Assembly: GCA_041742965.1 (NCBI GenBank)
Contig: JBGTNQ010000002.1
Coordinates: 1 to 50,135 of the forward strand
Length of the DNA: 50,135 nucleotides
Direction of reading: 5' to 3'
DNA from: Minisyncoccia bacterium
GTDB lineage: Bacteria; Patescibacteriota; Minisyncoccia; Phycocordibacterales; Zambryskibacteraceae
In this document: piece after piece, positions 1 to 8,513 of the stretch
Layout: each line of letters opens with the position of its first letter
Position numbering within the stretch: the first letter of the stretch is position 1
Position numbers and translations under genes: made by a program
Notes under the pieces: model-generated
Told to the model about the DNA's origin: nothing
The model's database searches: none
The model's input: the letters and a program-made list of their open reading frames with translations, nothing else

Positions 1-127
1 AATTATTAAAAGGTTTATTAACAGTCAATCGTCTTGGGAGAGCAATCTCCGAAGACGATTAAACCGGCTTTCTGTCTTCCGCAATTTAATAATAATGGAA
101 GCGAAAGTCGTTCAAAATTAATTATTT

Positions 128-2020
128 ATGAAAAGAATTTATGTAGGTGTTCTTGCACTTGCTTTTGCTTTCTCTGCGACTCCAGTACTTGGAGCAACAA
201 TGGAAGAGCTACAGGCAATGATTGCACAATTACAAGCACAACTTGCAGCCCTATCTGGTGGAACACCAACAGGTACTGCTGTTCAGTTTAATATGGATTT
301 GACCATCGGAAGCACAGGAGCAGATGTTACTGCACTTCAGCAAGCTATGGTTAATCTAGGTTTCCTTCAGATGCCAGCAGGAGTTTCCTATGGCTACTTT
401 GGACCTTTGACCCAGTCAGCAGTTGCTAAATGGCAAGCTGCTAACGGCATCGCTCCAGCAGTTGGATACTTTGGACCAATCTCACGAGCGAAAGCTAACG
501 CTACGTTCGGAGCTGGAACAGGTACTGGCACTGGAACAGGTACTGGCACTGGAACTGGAACTGGAACTGGAACAGGTTCTACCGGACTTCAGGGTGGAGA
601 AGGATACTTGTCTGAGACTACAGTAGCTGACTCTGATATTCAGATTGATCTTGGAGACAGCGAAATCGTCATCGAAGTAGACTTTGAAGCGAAAGATTCA
701 GATGTTGCTGTCAACAGAGTTGACTTTATGTTTAATTCACGACCTTGGCTATACTTCGACGAAGTTAATCTTCTCGTAGATGGCAAGGAAGTTGGTTCAC
801 TATCACGACAGAGTGATTTCTCTGAAGTTAGTGGCAACTACCGTGCTCGCTTCTCTCTAAACAACACAGTAATCCGTGAAGGAGACACATCTGCAATTGC
901 TCTAGAACTTGTTGTTCTTAGTTCAATGGCAGGTACTCGTGATCAAGACACTGTAAGAGTTTGGCTTCCAGCGAACGGAGTTCGATTCTTGGATGGAGCA
1001 GGTCTTACTGACTACTCACCAGCAACAGGTGATGATATTCCTGGAATAGGAAACAGTGGTCTCGCAGTTACCTTTGACGATACATTCGGAAATGGTGACA
1101 TAGATCTATCTATCGGGGATAATTCTCCAGAAGCAGCTAAAATCGTATTGAATGAAACTTCCCGCACAAATGGCGTTGAAGTTCTAACATTCAATGTTGA
1201 GGCTGATGATAGTGATGTAGAAGTTACAAGAGTTGATGTTGCGTTTAGTTCAAATACTACTGGAATTCCAAATGTACTCTATCGAGCATATTTGTACGCT
1301 GGTAATACTCTACTCAAACAGACTTCAGTAAACGCTTCTACAACATCATTTACAGATGTTGATTACATGATTGACGCAGATGATACACAGGAGTTTCGTG
1401 TATTGGTTGATTTCAACCGAGGAGACACACTGGCTCTTCCTCTTACCCTCACTGTTGCTTCAACTACAGTTTGGGCTGAGAACTCTGACTTTGAGGTAGT
1501 TTCTGACAACCTAACAGTTGGTGAAGCTCACACTCTCATTGTGAATGGTGCTCTTATAGAAGCTGTAAGTTCAACCGTTCTTGCAACTAATAGCAACACG
1601 GCTGATGACAGTTACGGTACATTTACTACGAGATTCAAAATCTCTGCAATAGGTGATGATGTATTCGTACCTCTTACAGCTTATCGTGGTGCTTCTACAA
1701 CAGCTGGTGCTGCTTACCAAATGGAGAGAGCAGATGGAACAGCCACAACTACTGGCGCAACCACTCAATCTCTTACTCGCGTAAGCGGAGGTAGTCAGGT
1801 AACACTAGATGGTATTAACTACGCTAAGATCAATAAGGGTTCATCTGCAACACTTGAACTTGTTGTAACATTCAATCCTTTGGCTGGTAACGCTGGTCAA
1901 TACCGTGTACAGTTGCTGACATCAGGATTTAGCACTGGCTCAGTTGCAGTTCCTGCAACCACAGTTTCTGCCACACCTGAATCAAACTTTGAGACAAGTA
2001 ACCTATTTATCACTAGCTAA
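128..2020 (+). CDS. Secreted surface protein: signal peptide, peptidoglycan-binding (PG_binding_1-like) domain, (Gly-Thr)13 linker, long beta-rich C-terminal region
   Basis: 630-aa ORF. N-terminal hydrophobic signal MKRIYVGVLALAFAFSATPVLG. GADVTALQQAMVNLGF...GYFGPLTQSAVAKWQ resembles PG-binding repeats. A strong terminator follows. Confidence 0.7.
   Translation: MKRIYVGVLALAFAFSATPVLGATMEELQAMIAQLQAQLAALSGGTPTGTAVQFNMDLTIGSTGADVTALQQAMVNLGFLQMPAGVSYGYFGPLTQSAVAKWQAANGIAPAVGYFGPISRAKANATFGAGTGTGTGTGTGTGTGTGTGTGSTGLQGGEGYLSETTVADSDIQIDLGDSEIVIEVDFEAKDSDVAVNRVDFMFNSRPWLYFDEVNLLVDGKEVGSLSRQSDFSEVSGNYRARFSLNNTVIREGDTSAIALELVVLSSMAGTRDQDTVRVWLPANGVRFLDGAGLTDYSPATGDDIPGIGNSGLAVTFDDTFGNGDIDLSIGDNSPEAAKIVLNETSRTNGVEVLTFNVEADDSDVEVTRVDVAFSSNTTGIPNVLYRAYLYAGNTLLKQTSVNASTTSFTDVDYMIDADDTQEFRVLVDFNRGDTLALPLTLTVASTTVWAENSDFEVVSDNLTVGEAHTLIVNGALIEAVSSTVLATNSNTADDSYGTFTTRFKISAIGDDVFVPLTAYRGASTTAGAAYQMERADGTATTTGATTQSLTRVSGGSQVTLDGINYAKINKGSSATLELVVTFNPLAGNAGQYRVQLLTSGFSTGSVAVPATTVSATPESNFETSNLFITS
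512..583 (+). repeat. Hexanucleotide tandem repeat (GGNACN)n encoding the (GT)13 linker
   Basis: ggaacaggtactggcactggaacaggtactggcactggaactggaactggaactggaacaggt read directly. Confidence 0.85.
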
Positions 2021-2097
2021 TTTATTAGCAAATGATAGAGGGTTTCCTCTTCAAGTTTGAGTGTTAGTCTGGTTCGTACGCCTTATAAAGTACAAAC

Positions 2098-2128
2098 AAA
2101 AACCACCCTTCGGGGTGGTTTTTGTTTT
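2098..2128 (+). terminator. Rho-independent terminator
   Basis: aaaaaccaccc-ttcg-gggtggttttt followed by a T-run. Confidence 0.85.
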
Positions 2129-2140
2129 ACCCAGAACGAT

Positions 2141-2163
2141 ATACATAGGCTTAGCCTATGTAT
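2141..2163. repeat. 23-nt hairpin ATACATAGGC-TTA-GCCTATGTAT (left REP-like element of the RayT gene)
   Basis: Perfect 10-bp stem, 31 nt upstream of the transposase ATG. It is the exact reverse complement of the element at 2852-2874. Confidence 0.85.
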
Positions 2164-2193
2164 TTTAAAAAGTTGTTGATACAATAGATTTAT

Positions 2194-2844
2194 ATGGCAA
2201 GAAATTTAATTTTCAGCATAGAAGAGCACTATCATATTTATTCTCGGGGGGTTGATAAGAGACTTATTTTTATAGACGAATATGACAGAGATAGATTTAT
2301 AAAGCTCCTCTTTCTTTCTAATAGTGAAAAATCTTTTGTTTATAGAGATATTCAAGATAAATCATTATCAGAGATAGATATGGGTGAAAAATTAGTTGCA
2401 ATAGGGGCTTACTGTCTTATGCCAAATCATTTCCATATTCTTGTTAAAGAAATCACTGAAGGTGGTATCTCTAAATTTATGGGTAAATTACTAACAGGAT
2501 ATTCTTCTTATTTTAATAAAAGACACGGTAGAACGGGGAGGCTATTTGAGGGGGCATTCAAAGCTGAGCATGCTGATTCTGATGAATATTTAAAATATTT
2601 GTTTTCATATATACACTTAAATCCAATAAAACTTATACAGAGTGATTGGAAAAAAGGAGGTATTTCTAATATAAAACAAGCAAAGGAGTATTTGAATAAG
2701 TATAAATATTCTAGCTATTTGGATTATGTAGGGCTTGATCGTAAAGAAAACATTATCGTGACAAAAGATGCTTTTCCGGGGTATTTTATAGAAGTAGTAG
2801 ATATGCAGAGAGAGATTGATGAGTGGCTTTTTATCAATACATAG
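2194..2844 (+). CDS. REP-associated tyrosine transposase (RayT) / IS200-like HUH-Y1 transposase
   Basis: 216 aa. HUH motif in CLMPNHFHILV and catalytic-Tyr region LFSYIHLNPIK. The layout matches COG1943/PF01797-type proteins from memory. Confidence 0.75.
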   Translation: MARNLIFSIEEHYHIYSRGVDKRLIFIDEYDRDRFIKLLFLSNSEKSFVYRDIQDKSLSEIDMGEKLVAIGAYCLMPNHFHILVKEITEGGISKFMGKLLTGYSSYFNKRHGRTGRLFEGAFKAEHADSDEYLKYLFSYIHLNPIKLIQSDWKKGGISNIKQAKEYLNKYKYSSYLDYVGLDRKENIIVTKDAFPGYFIEVVDMQREIDEWLFINT

Positions 2845-2851
2845 GCTATCA

Positions 2852-2874
2852 ATACATAGGCTAAGCCTATGTAT
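2852..2874. repeat. 23-nt hairpin ATACATAGGC-TAA-GCCTATGTAT (right REP-like element, inverted relative to 2141-2163)
   Basis: Read directly, 8 nt after the stop codon. The adjacent 14-15 nt direct duplication atcaatacataggct spans 2834-2862. Confidence 0.85.
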
Positions 2875-2924
2875 GGGGATTAATTGTATGTAACACTCCT
2901 TTTAGGGCGTGATAGCATTAATAT

Positions 2925-3098
2925 ATGAGTCAATATTTTGACGATACATTTTTCAAGTTTTTCTTTGGTTTTTTGACTATAATTTTTGTTAGTTTATCTT
3001 TGCTTTTTGCTACGCAGTATTTTGAAAAAAGGTCCGATGAGCGAGAAGCAGAGAGTGGTGAGCCACGAATTACGGAGACAGTTAAGGTTAATTTTTAG
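2925..3098 (+). CDS. Hypothetical small single-pass membrane protein (57 aa)
   Basis: Manual translation gives MSQYFDDTFFKFFFGFLTIIFVSLSLLFATQYFEKRSDEREAESGEPRITETVKVNF. It is below the ORF-track cutoff and has no SD, like other native genes. Confidence 0.35.
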   Translation: MSQYFDDTFFKFFFGFLTIIFVSLSLLFATQYFEKRSDEREAESGEPRITETVKVNF

Positions 3099-3132
3099 TA
3101 TATTCGCCAGTCCTTAGAGACTTGGTTTGTAT

Positions 3133-4542
3133 ATGAAAATAATAATCAAACTTTTGTTTGTTTTCTCTTATACGATTCCAGTATCAGTCTTTTCTCAACT
3201 GGTGTTTACTGAAATTATGTATGACCCAGAAGGGGTGGATTCTCAATCTGGAGGCGAGTGGGTTGAAGTTTATAATGGCACAGATAGTATTGTAGATTTG
3301 AGTAAATTTAAAATCGCCGACAAAGCGACTAGTGGTTCATTTACCAATCGAACTATTAGCTTTTCTTCTGGTTCTCAAAATTTAAGTCCTAGTGAATACG
3401 CGGTTATCGCAAAAGATCCAGAGGTATTCAATCTATTCTTTTCATTTTACGAAGGGCCCCTTTTCAAAAGCGCTTTTTCTCTGACCGATGAAGATGAACT
3501 TAGGATCCTAGATTCAAATGGTAGCGAAGTAGATGTGGCGATTTATACATCTGACATTGGCGGAAAGGGTGATGGTAACTCTATTCACAAAGTTGAAGGT
3601 GTTTGGACAAACGGCACACCAACCCCAGGTTCTTCATTTTCTGGCGGAACAAAAGGTGTTGGAGACGAAGTAGAGAAAGAAAAAGTAAGCACTCCAGACC
3701 AGGCATCGTCTCATGCTGGCCCGTCTCCAATAACAAATGCGAGCCCGACAAAAACTCTTTCTGTTTATATAGGTAAAGATAGGATGACTTCCGTTGATAA
3801 TCCCATACATTTTCAAGCTCAAACAAACAGCTCTTCGGACATTAGTTCCGTTACAAAATATATATGGAATATGGGAGATGGGACAATTAAAAAAAGTAGG
3901 AATGTTATACATTCATATAAGAGAAAGGGGATATATGTGGTTGTGTTGAATGTCCATGAGAACGATCGCCAAGCAACATCTAGGGTGCGTGTAAGGGTGG
4001 AAGATACGGATATCGCAATGGAGATTTTGCCTAATGGTGATATTGAAATAAGAAATAATCATGAACAAGAAATCAATCTCTACGATTGGGAAATTGAAGC
4101 CGGAAGAGAGTCTTTTGTGTTTCCAATAGATACAATTGTTCTAGGCAAAACCACTTTTGTCCTGACCCCAGACATTTCCGGTATTGATAATGCCAGCGAA
4201 ACCGAAGTAGAACTTTTTAATCCTAGTGGAAAGATGGTGGCTAGTTCGGGTAAAAAGGCAGTAGAAGATTTAGCTATACCCGCACCTCCTTCTCGGCCGG
4301 AAGTAATTTTGTTTGAAATTTTGCCACCCAATTTTTCTATTTCTATTCCTCCACCAATACCTAAAAGGCAAGATCCTGTTCAAGGCATTACCCAGACAAC
4401 TCAAAATATTGAAAGTTCAATCGAGCCGGAAGGGGAAGTGATGGGAGTGGAGTCGTCTATATCTGGTGAATCGTTTGAGGTGGTCAAACCTATAAGTATT
4501 TGGAAAAAAGTCGGTATCTTTTTCAGAGGGTTGTTTGATTGA
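3133..4542 (+). CDS. Secreted protein with lamin-tail domain (LTD) and a PKD-like domain
   Basis: The signal-like N-terminus begins at the ATG at 3133 (the ORF track starts at TTG 3127). FTEIMYDPEGVDSQSGGEWVEVYNGTD is LTD-like. WNMGDGTIKKSRNVIHSYKRKGIYVVVLNV is PKD-like. Confidence 0.65.
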   Translation: MKIIIKLLFVFSYTIPVSVFSQLVFTEIMYDPEGVDSQSGGEWVEVYNGTDSIVDLSKFKIADKATSGSFTNRTISFSSGSQNLSPSEYAVIAKDPEVFNLFFSFYEGPLFKSAFSLTDEDELRILDSNGSEVDVAIYTSDIGGKGDGNSIHKVEGVWTNGTPTPGSSFSGGTKGVGDEVEKEKVSTPDQASSHAGPSPITNASPTKTLSVYIGKDRMTSVDNPIHFQAQTNSSSDISSVTKYIWNMGDGTIKKSRNVIHSYKRKGIYVVVLNVHENDRQATSRVRVRVEDTDIAMEILPNGDIEIRNNHEQEINLYDWEIEAGRESFVFPIDTIVLGKTTFVLTPDISGIDNASETEVELFNPSGKMVASSGKKAVEDLAIPAPPSRPEVILFEILPPNFSISIPPPIPKRQDPVQGITQTTQNIESSIEPEGEVMGVESSISGESFEVVKPISIWKKVGIFFRGLFD

Positions 4543-4545
4543 CCC

Positions 4546-4563
4546 CGTCGCTCGCGAGCGACG
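4546..4563. repeat. 18-nt perfect palindrome CGTCGCTCGCGAGCGACG just after a stop codon; probable terminator stem and member of a repeated palindrome family
   Basis: Read directly. It shares the 16-nt core GTCG(C/T)TCGCGAGCGAC with 30812-30827. Confidence 0.6.
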
Positions 4564-4570
4564 TGGCTGA

Positions 4571-4598
4571 TTGACAAAAATCATATTTCCTATATTCT
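4571..4598 (+). promoter_or_regulatory. Sigma70-like promoter of rplJL (TTGACA-16 nt-TATTCT)
   Basis: Hexamers read directly. No experimental support. Confidence 0.5.
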
Positions 4599-4599
4599 C

Positions 4600-4795
4600 T
4601 TCCTTTGTAAGGCCAAAGACAGTGGGCGTCCTGAGTTTACCGAAGGACTTAATTTCCTGCCGAGGCATCCTTGTGCATTTTGCACAAGGAACGAAACTCC
4701 ATTCGGCCTTATACGGTCGAATTTATTTTTTAAAAAAATTAATGAACGAAAGTGATTATAATTTTTATACTCGCTTCGCTCATTAAAAATTAATC
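4600..4795 (+). promoter_or_regulatory. Structured 5' leader of rplJ-rplL (L10-leader-like autoregulatory candidate)
   Basis: Outer stem AAGGCC/GGCCTT encloses hairpins GTCCT..AGGAC and CCTTGTGCA-TTTT-TGCACAAGG. A T-run follows before rplJ. Confidence 0.4.
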
Positions 4796-5284
4796 ATGGC
4801 AATCACAAAAGAAAAAAAACAGGAAATTTTAAAGAAGGTTAAAGAAGCACTGGCTTCTTCTAAATCTATGGTGTTTGTAAATTTCCGTGGTTTGACAGTG
4901 GCAGGGATAAACGAGATTCGCAGAGCTCTTCGTGGTTCTGGGGTTTCTTACTTTGTTGCTAAAAAGAACCTTGTTAGAAAAGCGGTGGGAGAGGGAGATG
5001 TATCTGGGGAAATGCCAGATCTTCCTGGTGAGCTTGCACTAGTCTATGGAGACGACTTGATAGCTCCAGCTAGAGAGATTTATGGATTCCAAAAAAAATC
5101 TCCAGATAATCTAAAGATTCTCGGAGGAATTTTCGAAGGGAAATTCATGGATCAAGCAAGTATGATGGAAATCGCGACTATTCCAGTACTTCCAGTGCTT
5201 CATGGAAAGTTTGTAAACATCATCAATTCTCCAATTCAGAGATTTGTTATTGGATTGAGTGAGATTGCAAAGACGAAATCTTAA
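4796..5284 (+). CDS. rplJ: 50S ribosomal protein L10
   Basis: 162 aa. MAITKEKKQEILKKVKEAL...FVNFRGLTVAGINEIRRALR is typical of L10. It lies immediately upstream of L7/L12. Confidence 0.95.
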   Translation: MAITKEKKQEILKKVKEALASSKSMVFVNFRGLTVAGINEIRRALRGSGVSYFVAKKNLVRKAVGEGDVSGEMPDLPGELALVYGDDLIAPAREIYGFQKKSPDNLKILGGIFEGKFMDQASMMEIATIPVLPVLHGKFVNIINSPIQRFVIGLSEIAKTKS

Positions 5285-5311
5285 AAATTATTAATTAAAA
5301 ATTTAAAAATT

Positions 5312-5734
5312 ATGTCAGAAGAAACAAAAGTAGAAGGTGCTCAAAGTGAAGAGGTGAGTGTTGAAGTGCCGGCTAAGTTTAAGAAAATTGTAGAAGAAAT
5401 AGAGGGAATGTCAGTTTTGGAACTTAACGAACTTGTAAAGGTGTTTGAAAACAAGTTCGGTGTTTCAGCTTCTGCCGTCGCTGTTGCTGGCCCAGCTACT
5501 GCTGGCCCCGCTGAAGAAGTGAAGGATACTATGAATGTTGAACTAGCTGATGCTGGTGCAAACAAGATTGCAATCATTAAGGTTGTAAAAGAAGTTCTAG
5601 GGCTCGGTCTTAAAGAAGCGAAGGATTTGGTTGACGCCGCTCCTTCAATGCTAAAGACAGATATGAAGAAGGAAGAAGCAGAAGCTTTCAAAGCCAAGAT
5701 CGAAGAAGCCGGAGGAAAGGTTGCCCTTAAGTAA
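5312..5734 (+). CDS. rplL: 50S ribosomal protein L7/L12
   Basis: 140 aa with an Ala/Pro hinge and the C-terminal domain [19 protein letters not shown]...[10 protein letters not shown]. Confidence 0.95.
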   Translation: MSEETKVEGAQSEEVSVEVPAKFKKIVEEIEGMSVLELNELVKVFENKFGVSASAVAVAGPATAGPAEEVKDTMNVELADAGANKIAIIKVVKEVLGLGLKEAKDLVDAAPSMLKTDMKKEEAEAFKAKIEEAGGKVALK

Positions 5735-5831
5735 CCTGTGCTGTAGGTGCTGAGCACAGCAGTGCGAGGGGCAAGGAGGCGAAGTTAATCTTTAATAAAT
5801 AGGCTTAATTTAAGGTATAAATAAGCTTTTT

Positions 5832-5870
5832 AAACAGAAAATCACCAATTTATGGTGATTTTCTGTTTTT
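5832..5870 (+). terminator. Rho-independent terminator of rplJL
   Basis: aaacagaaaatcacca-attt-atggtgattttctgttttt. Confidence 0.85.
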
Positions 5871-5932
5871 GTACCTATATTTTGCCCCCATCCTTTTAGT
5901 GTTATAATTTAAGGAATCAGATTAAATACTAT

Positions 5933-6556
5933 ATGGACACCCTAACCAAACTTTTCGGAAGCGTCGTAAAGGTAAAAGTAATAAAACTCTTTGTTTTCAA
6001 CCCCGGAGCCACTTACGATTTGGGGCAAATCTCTGACAGAACCAAAGAAATCTCATCTAAAGTGAGAAAAGAATTATCTTTACTTGAAAAGATGAAACTT
6101 ATTCGTAAGAGGTCATTTTATAAAAATGTTACTAAAAAGGTTCGAGGTAGACTTGTCCATACCAAGAAGAGAGCGCAAGGTTGGGTACTTAATGATGCAT
6201 TTGAGTACATTCTCCCACTGCAAAGTTTTTTGGTTAATTTGAATCATCTAGGACCGAAAGATATTTCGAAGAAACTGCAACGTGCTGGAACTATAAAACT
6301 TATTATTGTCTCTGGAATTTTCATTCAAAACTCTGAAAGTAGAGTGGACCTGTTAGTTGTGGGTGATCATATAAAAAAGAATGTTATAGAAACGGCCATA
6401 AAGACAATAGAGGCCGAGATAGGTAAAGAGATACGATATGCTTTCTTTGAAACGGCTGATTTTAAGTATAGACTGGGTCTTTATGACAAGCTCATTCGCG
6501 ATATTTTGGATTTCCCACACGAAGAGGTGGTCAATAAACTCGGGCTGATTGAGTAA
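5933..6556 (+). CDS. Hypothetical protein, possible N-terminal winged-helix DNA-binding domain
   Basis: 207-aa ORF with native AT-rich codon usage. The N-terminal KLFVFNPGATYDLGQISDRTKEISSKVRKELSLLEKMKLI looks wHTH-like. I recognise no family. Confidence 0.5.
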   Translation: MDTLTKLFGSVVKVKVIKLFVFNPGATYDLGQISDRTKEISSKVRKELSLLEKMKLIRKRSFYKNVTKKVRGRLVHTKKRAQGWVLNDAFEYILPLQSFLVNLNHLGPKDISKKLQRAGTIKLIIVSGIFIQNSESRVDLLVVGDHIKKNVIETAIKTIEAEIGKEIRYAFFETADFKYRLGLYDKLIRDILDFPHEEVVNKLGLIE

Positions 6557-6596
6557 TTGCTCTTAGGGGCTCTATTTTAAAAATAGCGAGTCCTTA

Positions 6597-6634
6597 CCCT
6601 CACACTAACTTTGATGCCAAAGTTAGTGTGAGGG
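6597..6634 (+). terminator. 17-bp perfect hairpin downstream of the 5933-6556 gene
   Basis: ccctcacactaactttg-atgc-caaagttagtgtgaggg. It has no adjacent T-run. A second small hairpin with a T-run lies near 6656-6680. Confidence 0.5.
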
Positions 6635-6779
6635 CTTATCCACAGCCAGCAAATACCCATATTCTGTGGGTTTTTTAAGATGTTATAATTGTAAAAGGGT
6701 ACTTTCGGTTAGTTGTCGTTTTTATTAGTATAATGTTGCGAAAGCAACGCGTATCTATAAGAAGATACAAGAAACGAGT

Positions 6780-7469
6780 ATGATGATACAAACATGGGGC
6801 GAGGCACTTTCAATGTCTTTCCGAGATCTGTGGGTAGGGGTGGCAACCTATCTTCCTGTTTTTGTTATAGCAATTATTATTTTTGTTCTTGGCTGGGTTG
6901 TGGGAACCATAGTTGGTCGAGGAATCGAGCAACTTTTCCGATCCATTCGAGTTGACGAAGCTCTCAAGAAAACAGGGGCCGATGAGGTCATGCATCGAGG
7001 TGGTATAAACCTAAACTCCGGCGCATTTGTTGGAGGCTTGGTAAAGTGGTTTATCATTTTGGTATTCCTCATTGCCTCGTTTGATGTTCTTGGGCTGTAT
7101 CAAGTCAACGAGTTTCTTCAGGGTGTGGTACTTTCATATCTTCCGAAAGTAATCGTAGCAGTGCTCGTACTTCTCGTAGCTGGTGTCTTAGGTGATGCTA
7201 TGCAGAGAATAGTTACTACTTCGGCTCGAGCGGCTCATATCCGTTCTTCTGGAATGCTCGGCGCGGTTACTAAGTGGGTTATCTGGGTCTTCGCTTTTTT
7301 GGTGGCCCTTTCTCACCTTGGTATCGCGGCTCCGTTCTTCCAGACATTGTTTACAGGTTTCGTTATAGCCCTTTCTCTAGGGTTTGGTCTTGCTTTTGGT
7401 CTTGGAGGCCAGCAAGCTGCTTCTGAGGTTATCCAAAAGATGCGAGGTGAGATGTCAGATAGGCAGTAA
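6780..7469 (+). CDS. Membrane protein with conserved TM-helix repeats (mechanosensitive-channel-related TM_helix family)
   Basis: 229 aa with several hydrophobic helices. It has a repeated pattern (VATYLPVFVIAIIIF..., LSYLPKVIVAVLVLLVAGVLGD...) as in PF05552-type proteins. Confidence 0.6.
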   Translation: MMIQTWGEALSMSFRDLWVGVATYLPVFVIAIIIFVLGWVVGTIVGRGIEQLFRSIRVDEALKKTGADEVMHRGGINLNSGAFVGGLVKWFIILVFLIASFDVLGLYQVNEFLQGVVLSYLPKVIVAVLVLLVAGVLGDAMQRIVTTSARAAHIRSSGMLGAVTKWVIWVFAFLVALSHLGIAAPFFQTLFTGFVIALSLGFGLAFGLGGQQAASEVIQKMRGEMSDRQ

Positions 7470-7491
7470 TTTCACCGATTTTTGGTGCCCT

Positions 7492-7530
7492 GAAAACCCC
7501 CGTTTGCCGAGAGGTAGAGGGGGTTTTCTC
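7492..7530 (+). terminator. Rho-independent terminator
   Basis: gaaaaccccc...gggggttttc followed by a T-rich tail. Confidence 0.7.
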
Positions 7531-7556
7531 TATTCCACACCCACTTAAATTAAAAG

Positions 7557-7584
7557 TTGACAGCATTTCACTTTTGGGTATACT
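7557..7584 (+). promoter_or_regulatory. Promoter of the 23S-5S operon (TTGACA-16 nt-TATACT)
   Basis: Near-consensus hexamers about 380 nt upstream of the 23S. Confidence 0.6.
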
Positions 7585-7661
7585 TACTCCTACTCTATGT
7601 TTTATATTACAAAGACCCGAAACAAGCGGATATAAGTTGCTCGGAGATTTCGAGTTGACCC

Positions 7662-7720
7662 AAAGACCGCTTGTAAACAAGCGGTCTTTGCTTTCTAAGC
7701 CATAGAGCGTTCTTTGACAA
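7662..7720 (+). promoter_or_regulatory. rrn leader antitermination signals: boxB-like hairpin (7662-7689) and boxA-like GTTCTTTGACAA (7709-7720)
   Basis: The boxA consensus, as I recall it, is GCTCTTTAACAA. The same GTTCTTT(G/C)ACAA motif recurs in the 16S leader at 21495-21506. Confidence 0.6.
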
Positions 7721-8476
7721 TTAAATGCCCGTCATATGATCGTTTCTTTCTACCATTGGTAGAGGGGGTCTTCGATTATAGAGAGGGGGGAGAAATATAA
7801 AATGATTGTAATTTTGTATTTCTCAAAACATGTAGTTAAAACAAAACCTGTTTTGTGATTCATTTCATAAAACAGGATGAAGTAAGTAAAGTCACAACTT
7901 GTCCATGCGGGGCCAGTTGTGACTGTGCGGTTTTTAAATTTCCTAATAGGAAATTTAAGAGCGTATGGTGGATGCCTAGACTCTAAAAGGCGATGAAGGA
8001 CGTAGCATGGCTGCGATAAGCTTCGGGGAGGTGCCTAGCAACCTTTGATCCGGAGATTTCCGAATGGGGAAACCCATACCGTTTTTACGGTATGTGCAGG
8101 ACTAGACGCCTGCACGCGCACCCAGGGAAGTAAAACATTTCATTACCTGGAGGAAAAGAAACTAAAAAGAATTTCCCAAGTAGCGGCGAGCGAAAAGGAA
8201 GAAGCCCAAACCCAACACCATTTTCACTTGATCATTCTATGGTCTGGTGGAAGTGTTGTTGGGGGTTGTAAGGCAATAACTTCGCTTTTTTAAAGCGAAA
8301 GGAGTTACAAATCACTTCATTAATTGAATATGCTGGAAAGCATAACCCAAGAGGGTAATAGTCCCGTAAATGAAAATGAAGTGACTCTTTTGTTATTGTT
8401 CTTGAGTACCTCGAGACACGAATACCTCGGGGGAATCTGCCGGAACTAACCGGTAAGGCTAAATACTTTTAGAGAT

Positions 8477-8513
<37 letters not shown>

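Noticed and set aside
4571-4786. A 71-aa ORF upstream of rplJ.
   Set aside because: It starts with TTG inside the promoter -35 box and runs through the structured leader, with no protein-like features.
5341-5757. A 138-aa ORF antisense to rplL.
   Set aside because: It completely overlaps the well-supported L7/L12 gene, and its low-complexity Ala/Ser-rich translation mirrors the rplL codons.
7611-7689. A possible transcription attenuator or orphan sRNA: ACAAGCGG occurs twice (7622-7629, 7677-7684), and both copies are complementary to CCGCTTGT (7667-7674).
   Set aside because: It lies between the rrn promoter and a boxA-like motif. It is better explained as the boxB-type hairpin of an rRNA antitermination leader, and the same hairpin-then-boxA layout precedes the 16S.
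7714-7740. A second 23S promoter (TTGACA ... TATGAT).
   Set aside because: The spacer is only about 15 nt, and the TTGACA is part of the boxA-like GTTCTTTGACAA motif that recurs in the 16S leader.
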